From NCBI GenBank assembly GCA_030248215.1, contig JASANG010000957.1, positions 248,001 to 312,000 of the forward strand: DNA of 64,000 bases. Direction: 5' to 3'. Both the position numbers and the translations under genes were made by a program. Origin of the DNA: Enoplolaimus lenunculus (taxonomy: Eukaryota). Shown here piece after piece: positions 47,375 through 58,765 of this stretch. The notes beneath the pieces are model-generated. The model was not told where the DNA came from and did not search any database. It saw only the letters and a list, made by a program, of their open reading frames with translations. Every line of letters begins with the position of its first letter. Position 1 is the first letter of the stretch.

Positions 47375-48933
47375 GCTGTGGCTACGAATACGTAGGCTGC
47401 GTAGGGTGAAAATTTAAGGCCGCTAGATTTTTACCTTTCACAACAGCTTATCAAACATCTGCTAAGTTCTAAGCCTATGCTTCTTGTATGGTACAATTTG
47501 ACCAGAACAACACAATGAACGATTGAAGTTCAAGTAACTGCTCGCGTTGGTTCCTCGTGATTCCGCGTGTTGGCAGCGTTCGGACATATATCTACCCCAC
47601 TCACGAGTAATACCCGAATGGCCACTGACCAGACAATTTTTCGATCATAAGTCAAAAGTTGCCAAGGGTAGGCAGCGCTCTAAAACATTAAGGCTTGTAG
47701 CATTAACACCGTGAATTGGCCTAAAGTTAAAATTTGCAATGTTAACTAATCTAAGTACACATACCTGTACAGATGTGACTGCGTCCGGCGCCTCGGAATC
47801 CTAGTACAGATATCGATTGTTGGGATTACATTTCAGACAAAATGTGTGAGGTTTTGGGTGGCACAGGAAATTTGGGATTTCGAAAAGTTCTGAGTTTGGT
47901 ATAGGTTTGTGCCCACAGGTACGAATGTTGGTAATACTTATAAAACACACGGGTCTCGTAGATTCGTTCTTAACGGGTTGTGGGTGCTCTCACAGCTCCG
48001 ACTTGTGAAATCTATATAATTATAGCTGAGATGCTCGACATACTTATTTTGGCAAGTTTCCAGCATTACTTTGTTTACAATGAATTGTTAAAACATAAAC
48101 GTGATTGTTCTATGAAAACAAAACCTGCATACAGATGCTTGTGCATTCGCTAACTTTCGAGTTTTACGTAAAACATAACCAGTGATGCAAAACGACTTGA
48201 AATTTTATTCTTTCACAGTTGATTTACCATAGTGGATATTTTGATATGAACGTAGCCAGCTCATCTTGCTAGAGGGGAGCTAAAAAATTTTCAAGAGGGG
48301 CATACAACACATTTCGTTGACTTACAAGTAAGGTTAAAAATATTTTAGGGGCGGCAAGATTTTCTTCAGGGGGGTGGGCTGAGCGACCCTGACCCCCCAT
48401 TGGTTACAGCTCCGTATTTGGATCGGTATCAGTGATAGTGTTTTCGGATTTGTACACCTACAGGTGTACTTTTGTGGTTTTCAGTTGTTTTAACGGTTCC
48501 GGCGACCTTAAAAATGACATACGACATAGCAAACTGGTACGTATCAGCGCAGGAGTTGTTAGACCTTTGCCGGATTGGGCTATCCTAGGAGCGTCTAGGA
48601 TGAACCACTGTTTCAATGTCCAATTTGTGCTATTTCTGCAATTGTGATATACGGTATTTGTTCTTGTCTTCGGGATCTATCTAAAGGCCGTCTAAGCTTA
48701 TGCTGACTCTTCTCAATATTTTGAATCTACGCCCCGTGGTTTAACTGCATTCAGGCTTTACCTAAAAAGCAGGTTAATACTATTGTAAGCGGAACCATGC
48801 TATTTCCAACTGTGATCTCTTCTAGATCCATATGCTTAAACGTTTGTACCGCACATATCCGGCGACAGATAATCCTATACCGGATGAGGTTGCGGAAATA
48901 GCGCGTTAAAATACCATAGAAGTATTTAAATTA

Positions 48934-49297
48934 CTGTAATGACCCGAATAAAAGGGGGACTGATATTTATTTGGCCTTTCTGGAGGGTACCCACCTGTCA
49001 TACGCTCACGGACTATTATTTAGTTTGAACACACGATCCGAAACCCTTCGTTACTGAAATATGCCGGGTATACTGCAATTACCCATTGAATTAAACGTTT
49101 ATTTGTCTTGTATCAAAAACTAAACGATAATGCAAGGTTATACTTAAGAAAGAACTTTCTAAACCTAAGAAATTTATGGACTGGTTTAGGGACACTATCC
49201 GCTAACGGACTCTTATTAGGGATACGAACTTCTATTGATTGGGACTCGAAATGAGGACCCCCCTTTTATTACCCCCGCTCTCTTAGGGTCACTACAG
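48934..49297. mobile_element. TA-flanked Tc2/pogo-like MITE
   Basis: TA|CTGTAATGACCCGAATA...GGGTCACTACAG|TA. Confidence 0.75.
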
Positions 49298-50171
49298 TAA
49301 TTGAATTTCGAGTAATTGAATTTTACTAATCAAAGATCTCAGCTTAATATAACCAAAATCAATTTTTCCACCAGAAATTTGTTAACCTGCCACTAAAGTT
49401 CAACACAGAGGCTACTTTAACAAACGCGTTGAAAATTTGAAGTGCCGTACAATTGCAATTCCAAATTGTTTATCTTTTATACCGGGTCAATTAGGCGGGG
49501 CATCAGCCATATTTGAGGGGCACGATCCCACCCTGTTGCCCGTAGGGACGCTGTTGTACTTTAACCATTTACCAAACACAGCTGTTGCATGCAGTCAAAA
49601 CATACTACGTATCCCGCTGTTAGAATTCCTACGACTCGCAGCCGTCCATACCCTGGTTTGAGTGGCCAGGGAACTAAAAAAATAACTTACCTCTAAACCA
49701 CAGCATATCAGCCGCTTGACGTATGAAGATAATTGCATTATAAGATGTAATTACAATTATTAATTACTAACATTATTGATGTATAATTCGTTGTAATAAA
49801 ATATATAAATTAAATCATACACTTCACCTGTTAACGCACTATTATCATGTTTCATTAAATTATATCAGAAGCAAGGCCCATGTATAGAACAAGGCCGGAA
49901 CGTTTTCCGGCGGGACTGTAAAAGAATAGGCTTAAGCTTCAGACTATTTTTTACCATGGTTAGTGAGTTTTAGTCAATATCTGCAATATATTGTTAAGTT
50001 CTTTGGTTTTACGCTAATTTTCTGCGAAAATCTTGAAATTTTTTCCAAAAAATTGTGACAAAAGTAAAACGAAACGCGATAAATAGCGACATTTTGCAAA
50101 ATTATGCTAAATTTTACTACCAAAATTGCTGAAACCTCTGGCAAAAATTCTACTAGAGCCACAGCCGGAGC

Positions 50172-50357
50172 CAGTGGCGGATCCAGGATCTCAAAATGGG
50201 GGGGCCAAAATTTCACAGGTAATAAACTTATTTTTGACCCATACTGTAGTGACCGAAATAAAAGGGGGTCCCCATTTTGAGTCCCAATATAATTTTTGTC
50301 GAGATGCTGTTGGGGGGCCACGGCCGGGGTGCCCCCCCCCCCGTGGATCCGCCATTG
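50172..50357. mobile_element. hAT-like MITE nested in a CAGGG-TIR MITE remnant
   Basis: CAGTGGCGGATCC...GGATCCGCCATTG; perfect TSD GCCGGAGC. Confidence 0.8.
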
Positions 50358-50621
50358 GCCGGAGCCGAAGGCCGATTTTTTGCAGGATCCGGAGCCGGAG
50401 GTAAACCTCCAGTTGAACCCTGCCTATGAGGGACTGATTTATAGACTTTCCATTGAGACTACATGTCTATTATTTTTAGGTCCTGACACAAACAGCCAGC
50501 ATCGGTATAAATTTTACCGCTTTACTTGAGAAAACTGGATGGATTATTTGTTTAAACAAGACGGACAAATTTTATCCCAGGTTTAAGGGAATATATAACC
50601 ACAAACAATTGCGGGCCAAGT

Positions 50622-51118
50622 ACAAAATGGGAAATGTTCCACAAAATGGGAAATGTTCCCTAAAATGGGAAATGTTACCCAAAATGGGAAATGTTCCCTA
50701 AAAAGGGAAATGTTCCCCAAAAGGGGAAATGTTTCCCAAAAAGGGAAATGTTCCCCAAAATGGGAAATGTTCCCCAAAATGGGAAATGTTTCCTAAAATG
50801 GGAAATGTTACCCAAAATGGGAAATGTTCCCTAAAATGGGAAATGTTCCCTAAAATGGGAAATGTTACCCAAAATGGGAAATGTTCCCTAAAATGGGAAA
50901 TGTTACCCAAAATGGGAAATGTTCCCTAAAATGGGAAATGTTACCCAAAATGGGAAATGTTCCCCAAAATTTGAAATGCTCCCTAAAATGGGAAATGTTC
51001 CCCAAAATCGGAAATGTTCCCCAAAATGGGAAATGTTCCCCAAAATGGGAAATGTTCCCTAAAATGGGAAATGTTCCCCAAAATGGGAAATGTTCCCCAA
51101 AATGGGAAATGTTCCCCA
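50622..51118. repeat. 19-bp minisatellite (CAAAATGGGAAATGTTCCC)n, about 26 copies
   Basis: Direct tandem repeat with variant units. Confidence 0.93.
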
Positions 51119-51765
51119 ACTGGACGAACAGTGCTTAAATAAACTGCAAATTGTTCATTTGAAGCTGACAATGTGTTTTGCAGCCAAATGATGAGGTTGC
51201 AACAAAAATTGCAAAATATTGCGTCTTCGACGCAATTGGTTAATTTTATCGAAATATTTACTCAAAAAACGCTTTAAAACTGTTAAATTTGTGAACGCAA
51301 AAAGTAACCCCTCCACCAACGAAAAAAACCAAAATTTGCCTCTGATCATAAAATACCAGCAATGAATTGAAAAATATATTACATAAATACTTTTCAATAA
51401 TTAACACCCCTGAGGCACGTTGTTGATTTAAAATTTTCATAAGCTTTTCACTATATTTTCAACCCGAACCGTATATACCGATTGAGGGGTGCGATCTGTG
51501 TCTTGTTAGCCCCACCCGTATTAATTTCTATCAAGCAAAGACGCTGATTATTCCGGTATTAACGATTTCAAATCCATCCTGAGGAACAAAGTATTTTAGT
51601 CGGTATTTTAGGACCGGCTGGTCCACCAATCAAAGTTTCACGATCGGTTTAATATCACGGGTTTTCATCGCAATTACTGCAAGCGAGCTTGTTGTTTTTG
51701 TAGCTCATCAAAATATATTGTGCATTAAGCTTGCGTTTTGCTATGATCAGGGGCATGAAAAATTG

Positions 51766-52177
51766 GACCCATCTTACGTTAAGGGGCGTCCAGGTTTCTG
51801 GTAGGTCTATAAAAGAGTAGGTTTTAGATTTTAGATTACATTTTTTGCTTAGGCGTACGCTCAGGTTTAGCCTTAGGCTTAGGAACACATTTTGGCAACG
51901 ATTAGGAGTAGGCTTAGGCTTAGGAATACGCTTAATCTACTGTTACGCCCCTAAAAGTAACATTGGCCAAAAATTGTATTACACGAAGTGGCAATGTATA
52001 GAACTGGTCGTAACAGTAGTATAAGTTCCTTAAGCCTAGACCTAAGCTTAAGCGTAAGAATGATCTTACGTCTAAGCCTAAGTATAAGGATAAACAAACA
52101 ATAATAGTATAAAGCTTAAGCTTACTCTACAGCAGTCCTTCAGAAAAACGTTCCGCCCACGATCTTTACATCGGCCC
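51766..52177. mobile_element. Two adjacent TTAGGC-cargo MITEs (subfamily C 51766-51968; A/B-like ~51989-52177)
   Basis: First copy has perfect TSD AAAAATTG; second has diverged family TIRs. Confidence 0.8.
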
Positions 52178-52513
52178 ACCTTTGAATATGAACCTTAGTT
52201 GATCGGAAAATTATTAATTTTGTGAATTTTAAAATATTTGTCAAAAATAATTAACATACGAGTAAAGTGAAATTGCATTTTCTAAAGAAAATTTGGAAAA
52301 ATTCAGCAAAAACGTCATGTGTTCCATCAATGGAAGATATGTTCGAAAATTCTCATATATTTGATGAATTAAAGTAAAAGTTGTGCCAAAAAAATAATAA
52401 TGGAATTTTACCATCAAAACCACCGATACAAGAAAACATGATTGCTTTCATTTCTAGTCGTACATAATCAACAAATCCAGCAGGAGCTGACAAATCTAAG
52501 GGATCGGACAACC

Positions 52514-52835
52514 ATGGCGCAGACGGCCATCCTGGCCAAGTACCTTAACAAGGGATTCAACCAAGAATTTGTATTAAAATGTTTAGCATTTTCCGTTTGG
52601 CTAAACTACCGCTTTTCTAGCGATGCTTTCTCCCCGGAACCGTCATTGAGAGTAGTCCACAAAATGGCTAAAGCCGTTAAAATGTGTTGTGGAAAATGTG
52701 ATTTCAAAGTTAAGAAGGAAAGGTTTTTTAAATATCTTTTTGAGGGTTTAAATTTCACGAATGATTGGTTGTTCGATGAAGCTGCTGACACGGCAAAAAA
52801 TGGTCATATTTTGAGCTGTTTGCGTTTTATTGAAG
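52514..52835 (+). pseudogene. Possible hAT (Buster/Charlie-type) transposase remnant
   Basis: ORF 52442..52861 contains FDEAADTAKNGHILSCLRFIE, resembling the DExxD(x)8-10R[YF][VI] first catalytic motif of Buster-type hAT transposases; SLRVVHKMAKAVK resembles the upstream IAK-x-KPH region. Motif recall only. Confidence 0.35.
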
Positions 52836-53180
52836 TTTCTCTAATTTTTGTGAAATTTTGAAAAAAGTTTCTATAATTTTTGTGAAATTTTGAAAAAAAA
52901 GTTTCTGTAATTTTTGTGAAATTTTGAAAAAGTTTCGCTAATTTTTGGTGAAATTTTGAAAAAGTTTCTATAATTTTTGTGAAATTTTGAAAAAGTTTCT
53001 CTAATTTTTGTGAAATTTTGAAAAAGTTTCTCTAATTTTTGTGAAATTTTGAAAAAGTTTCTCTAATTTTTGTGAAATTTTGAAAAAGTTTCTCTAATTT
53101 TTGTGAAATTTTGAAAAAGTTTCTATAATTTTTGTGAAATTTTGAAAAAGTTTCTATAATTTTTGTGAAATTTTGAAAAA
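52833..53180. repeat. 31-bp A/T-tract minisatellite, about 11 copies
   Basis: Unit GAAAAAGTTTCTCTAATTTTTGTGAAATTTT; period read from 52981 to 53012. Confidence 0.92.
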
Positions 53181-53579
53181 TTGGTCAAAAAAATTGTCAC
53201 AGAACGCTTTGTTATACCAAACCCGTAGCCAGCTCGAATTGCTAGGGGGGCTAAAATTTTTAGGAGGGGCATAATCCAGGATCTTTCAGCGCATGATGCG
53301 ACGTTAACTGACCCTTTGCATTAAACCTGTTAGGACAAATCATCCCGAAGATAGCATTTTTAGTAAAAGCAGCAAAAATTTGACCTTTAAAACTGAGCGC
53401 CCATGCCATAGTACTGTGGCAAAGGTATATCCGAAGCCACCCTTCACAAAATAAAATATTCAAAACGGAGATGAAATATTAATGAAAAATTCGCGAACGA
53501 TAAGCTAGCACATTTCAAAACTCCGGCGTTTTTGTCTACGCTGATTAGGGTGGGAGCCGTATTACGGGTGCCCCTCAGA

Positions 53580-53778
53580 GGCCAATATAAAAAACAGGGG
53601 TCCAACAGTATTATAAACAAATTCCTAAGCCTAAGCCTAAACGAAAGAATGAGCATATTCCTAACCCTAAGCCTAAGCCTCAGCCTATTAAGCCAAGCAA
53701 AAAAATTAGTCTAAAACTTAAGCTTACTCTTATGCAGTCCCACAGAAAAACGTTCCGCCCCTGATCTTTACATGGGCC
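53580..53778. mobile_element. TTAGGC-cargo MITE, subfamily A
   Basis: GGCCAATATAAAAAACAGGGG...CCCCTGATCTTTACATGGGCC. Confidence 0.78.
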
Positions 53779-54241
53779 AATAAAGGTATGGGGTCAGACT
53801 GGTCCGTCCCTGAACTCACCTCACTTTAGCCAACAAATCGGGCCGTATTAATAGCTGAAAACTTGCCTGAATTGTTTCGACAGACGATGACAGCAAAACT
53901 TTCCAGTTGAAATTGTTTCAAAATTGATTAGGCGTGAGAATTGTGATATATAAACACGGTTCACTAGTGCACTTAAACGTCTTCGCAAACTTGGCGTACT
54001 GTACCACATCTCTCGTATTCGGGTCATGACCCATGTCACTTTTTAGGGCCGTCCTGGTTTGTGGTGGGTCTGTAAAAGAGTGGGATTAACATTCTAGACT
54101 ACATTTTTTTGCTTAGGTTTAGGCTTAGGCTTAGGAATACGCTTTTGCAACGCTTAGGTTTTAGGCTTAGGCTTTAGGAATACGCTTAATCTACTGTTAC
54201 GGCACACTAGCGTACACTTAAAAAGCTAAAGTTTAGGTGTA

Positions 54242-54692
54242 CTGTATTGACCCGAATAAGAGGGGAGTAATAAGAGAGGGGTCCCCATTTTGAGTCCCAA
54301 TCAATAGGAGTCCGTACCTATCCCTAATAAGAGTCCGTAAGCGGATAGAGTTTCTAAACCCTAATTAGAGTCCATAAATGTCATTTATCCCTATTTGTAG
54401 CGCATAAATGACTCCAGGACCAAATAATTTGAGTTCGAAACTTTAAACTGTACTTAAATTTTGAAAGTACATTCCTAAGTATAACCCTGCATTAGTCGCT
54501 CAAGCTTTTGATGCAACGCAAAAACCGTTTAATTCAACGGATCGTTGCAATACCGGATATATAGCAGTAAGGAAGGGTGGCGCAGGGCTGGTTGTAAATA
54601 AATAACAGCCCGTAACCGAATAACAAGGGGGGTACCCTCTGGAGACGCCAAATAATAAATATCAGTCCCCCCTCTTATTCGGGTCACTACAG
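54242..54692. mobile_element. TA-flanked Tc2/pogo-like MITE
   Basis: TA|CTGTATTGACCCGAATAAGAGGGG...CCCCTCTTATTCGGGTCACTACAG|TA. Confidence 0.8.
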
Positions 54693-55486
54693 TAGGCTTA
54701 GGTTCGCGCATATGCTAGAAAGTCCATTAAAATCAAAAAACTAAGTCTTGAAAAGACACCTAATTCTTGAACGGACGAAATCTGATACATTTGGTAACAG
54801 TAATTTTTTGAGACATTTCTGTTTTAACCATTTCAGACACAAGTTTCTGAGCTGTTTAATAAGGCTATTAATGTTTCAAACACCAGACATTTGTCTAAAA
54901 AATTTAACAAAATAGGAGTCTTGAAATTTCAAAACATTTTATTTTGTATGTAGATGTCTTTGTTTGCGGTCAAATACCATGTTTAGTTTTAAGTTTGCGA
55001 TAGAAACCTTAAGCCATATTTGCTATAAACGTTTGTCACACTGAAGCAACTCCTACTTCAATATCTACAGTCAGGAAACCTTAGGATTAGATTCAGGCTT
55101 ATGTTTAAGCTCAGGTTGAGGATTATGCTTAGTGGTTGGTTGGTTGATTAGGCACGTATTTTACGTGGGTCCAAACATGGATCCTCCTGTATTTAGAAAA
55201 CAAACTACCATAACTGATTCTTGTGCCATGTTGCAAATAAGTTTGTTTTATGTTTTGAATAAAAACAACAAATACTTCACAAGTTGCCTGCGTATTCATG
55301 GTTGAAGGCTGCGCTGATACGTCGTGTTTTACTTGAGTGACATCTTAATAGTTTAGTATTTTTTAGTTCCAGTCCATCATGAAAAGAATGGTGTTGAAAA
55401 ATGCTGAGTTTGGGAATATTTTTTGTATTTTAGAGTTTGACTTAAATTCGCCGTTCAAAATTTAAATCATGTGCGGTGGGCGCATC

Positions 55487-55727
55487 CACTGTAAATTTCA
55501 GTGAGTTGACTCAGAATGAGTTGAATCACTCAGTCTGTGAGTTAGGACTATCAGAACTCACAATTTTGAGGTGATTGAATTGATTCTAAAAGTTAATTAA
55601 TCAACTCATTACGAGTCAACTCAACTCAGTGTGAGAATCAACTAATGAGTTAATGTTTAGTGATATTAATTCAACAATAACCAACTCGATGACTGAATTG
55701 ATTGATCAGCTCATTGGAATTTACAGT
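55487..55727. mobile_element. CACTG/GAGTTGA MITE
   Basis: CACTGTAAATTTCAGTGAG...GGAATTTACAGTG. Confidence 0.72.
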
Positions 55728-56964
55728 GTGTATAACACACGGCCGTCACAGTAGTATATATGCATGCATATTCCAAAGCCTAAACCTAATAAAAAAAGTA
55801 AGTCTAAAAGCTTGAACTGACTCTATTACTACAGCCATCGTCGGAAAACGGTAAAGTCCTGTTCCGAACAATCGGAAGTGCGGTGTGAAGGAAACTCCAT
55901 ATGCCAGCACCCCATTTGAAGGCGTGATATTATATGCGCTTGTAAAAATAATGTAGATAATAGATTAAAAACACGCAGTTGTATACATGATATGACACTA
56001 CCCGCTTGTGTTGTTTGACTTTAAATAGAAATATTTAGAAGAGGGGATGATTTCTAAGTTTAAAAAGCTTTTACCCCCTATTAAATTTTAAACGTTGCTA
56101 AATGTGCTCTGCGTATTGACTATTGTATGTAACGACCCGGGCCAATATTTACTTTTACAGTGCACTGTAAAAAATAGGGAGTCAAATTGTGACTGTCTCG
56201 GAAATAGGCTTTTGCTGACTACATAAACTGAGTCAAATTTGACTCCTCCAGAGTCAAATTTGACTCCTCCAGAGTCAAATTCGATTTACTGCAATCGCTC
56301 AGCGAGTCCGCTTTGATTCTGGCGGAGTCAAATTTGACTCAGTTTGTGTAGTCAGGAAAAGCCTATTTCCGAGAGAGAGTCGTAGCCTAAGCTTTGGGAA
56401 ATTGAGATATTATACCCGGGAAATTGAATTTTAGCTAACTGGGATATTTCTCAGAAAATTGGGAAAGACCTGTTCTTTATATGGGCCCGTGTGTGTGTGT
56501 GACTTGTGGCTGTTTTTATATGCATAAAAATATGTATGAACATGTGACAAAATTTAACATTTTCCACTTGTGCATCCCCACCGCCAGAAACTTCTGGATC
56601 CGCCACTGTAGCAACAAAAGAATAAAAAATATTACAATTTTAAGTTGTGATTCTTTTTAATCTTAGAAAAACTACATCAAATATACGTCAAAAAGCTAAA
56701 AAAAGCTAATTTTAATTATTCTAAATTTCTAACTAAATCCACATCAAACGAATGAAGATGTGATGCCTCAAAGTTAATAATAATTATTCTTAATATTAAA
56801 AAAACAGACAGGCATAATTAAATACAACGAACCATTCGATCCACCTGCTTTGAAACTATGTTTATATACATGATATAAAATACTAATTTTGATAAAAGAA
56901 AAATAAAAACAATAATAAGAATAACAGAATAATAAACTAATAAACACAGCATAGAAACAATAAT

Positions 56965-57200
56965 TATTGAGCGAAGCGAAACTCCGAGCGAAGCTGGGAG
57001 TTTGTGCAGCGTTTTATGATTTGTACTCTGGGGTTGAAAGGTGGATGTCCGTCCGTTCGTCTGTCCGTCTGCCCATCTGTCTGTCCGAAAAGAATCTCAG
57101 GAACGGCTTAACCGATTTTGAAAAGCTTTTTTCTGTTTGAAACCCAATTATCCCGGGGTGTTAACCTCGGATTGTGGTTTTAAAGTTTTGAGCCGTTTAT
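56965..57200. mobile_element. Helentron-associated (DINE-1/HINE-like) non-autonomous element fragment
   Basis: GCGAAGC subterminal repeats and a (GTCY)n microsatellite (~57047-57087) followed by GAACGGCTTAACCGATTTTG, the layout typical of this class. Confidence 0.55.
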
Positions 57201-57512
57201 TAGCTACAGGCTAATTTACATAATTAGTTAACCTTAAATTAGGATTTTCTATATTATTTCACGAATTATTACAGTTTACAAGCTATCTAATTTCAACATT
57301 AATGGGTTTTTGGGTGCGAGCAATCTAAATAGAGTGTTGACAAACCTCCAAATCCAATAACTGAGTTGTTGGCTAATAGATAATTTGTATATTAGCTTAA
57401 TTGACAAGACAAAATTAAGACTTTTTAAATTATTTCAATAATGATTAGGGTTACTATATGGTTAAAACAACTTAGTCAAAGTCTTTCTGGAGCATTACAC
57501 TTTTCAGGGTTG

Positions 57513-57709
57513 GGTCAATGTAAAGAACATGGGCGGAACCGTATTATAAGCATATTCCTAAGCCGAAGCCTAAGCCTAAGCCTAAGCGTAAGAATTAGGA
57601 TATTCCTAACCTAAGCGTAAAACCTAAGCCAAGCAAAAAATTCATTCTAAAGCTTAACTCTGTTTCAGTCCCACAGAACAAGGTTCCGCCACTGATCTTT
57701 ACATGGTCG
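57513..57709. mobile_element. TTAGGC-cargo MITE, subfamily A
   Basis: TIRs present; flanks CAGGGTTG/CAGGGTGT. Confidence 0.78.
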
Positions 57710-58578
57710 CAGGGTGTTAATGTGCTGTAGTTGTAAACTTTATCATAAAGTTGCCGTTACTTCAAGGAATTGTGCTTTCCAACGGAAAACATTGGGTTCA
57801 CTGCAAAAAAATGGTGAGTCAAATTGACTCTCTCCGAAATCGGCTCTACGTGACTACACAAAATGAGTCCAATTCGACTCCGCCAAAGTAAAATTCGACT
57901 CAATAAAACTCGCACGTTTGACTTTGGCGTACTCGAATCTGACTCAGTTTGCGTAGTCCCGTAAAGCCTATTTCGGAGGAAGTCAATTTGATTCACCCTT
58001 TTTAGCAGCGTTATCAAACCGTGGAGACTGAATCTCCACGCTTTGATTTTTACCGCAAAAATATTCCAGTTAAGATGGAACTATAAAAGGCAGAACCATT
58101 GAAAAATTTTTAATCTACCAAATATTATCCTGAAACGGATTAGGAAATCAACATCCTGAAACTTTGACTTCTTATACAACAAAGTATTTCCAGGCCGTCT
58201 CAAAAGGTCTTCAGTTTCCGCCTTATACTGCAAATCGGATAATTTTCTTTACCATCACGATTTACCGCAAGCGGTAATTGGGTATAATTTTGCCCTCCGC
58301 AGTCCGCGGCATATGGGTTGAAAATTTTGCCAAATCGCGATAAGCAATCTACTCGACAATTTGTCGCCCGACAACTTGTCGCCTGACAGTATCCTACGCC
58401 TAAGCATATTCCAAAGCATAGTACTAAACCTGAGCCTAAGCCTAAGAGTAGACTTAATCGTATTCTAACCATAGTTATGTTAATCCACAAATTGTCGCGT
58501 CGACGAGATTTTGAATTACTAGTTGTCCGTCGAGAAGTTTGCCGGGCGACGAAGTGTCGTGATACCGATCATAAATGC

Positions 58579-58765
58579 GGTCAATGTTACTTTAAGAGGC
58601 GTCGAGGTTTCTGGTGGAACTATAAAAGAGTAGGTTTTACATTCTAGATTACATTTTTTTGCTTAGGCGTTGGCTTAGGAAATCATTTTTGCAACGCTTA
58701 AGCTTTAGGCTTAAACTTAGCAATACGCTTAATCTACTGTTACGCCCCTTAAAGTAACATTGGCC
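58579..58765. mobile_element. TTAGGC-cargo MITE, subfamily C
   Basis: Perfect TSD ATAAATGC. Confidence 0.88.

Noticed and set aside
47801..47960. RING-like peptide on the minus strand (..TCGHK...HTFCLKC..)
   Set aside because: Cys/His spacing does not fit C3HC4, an in-frame TAG follows at 47801-47803, and no suitable splice sites rescue it.
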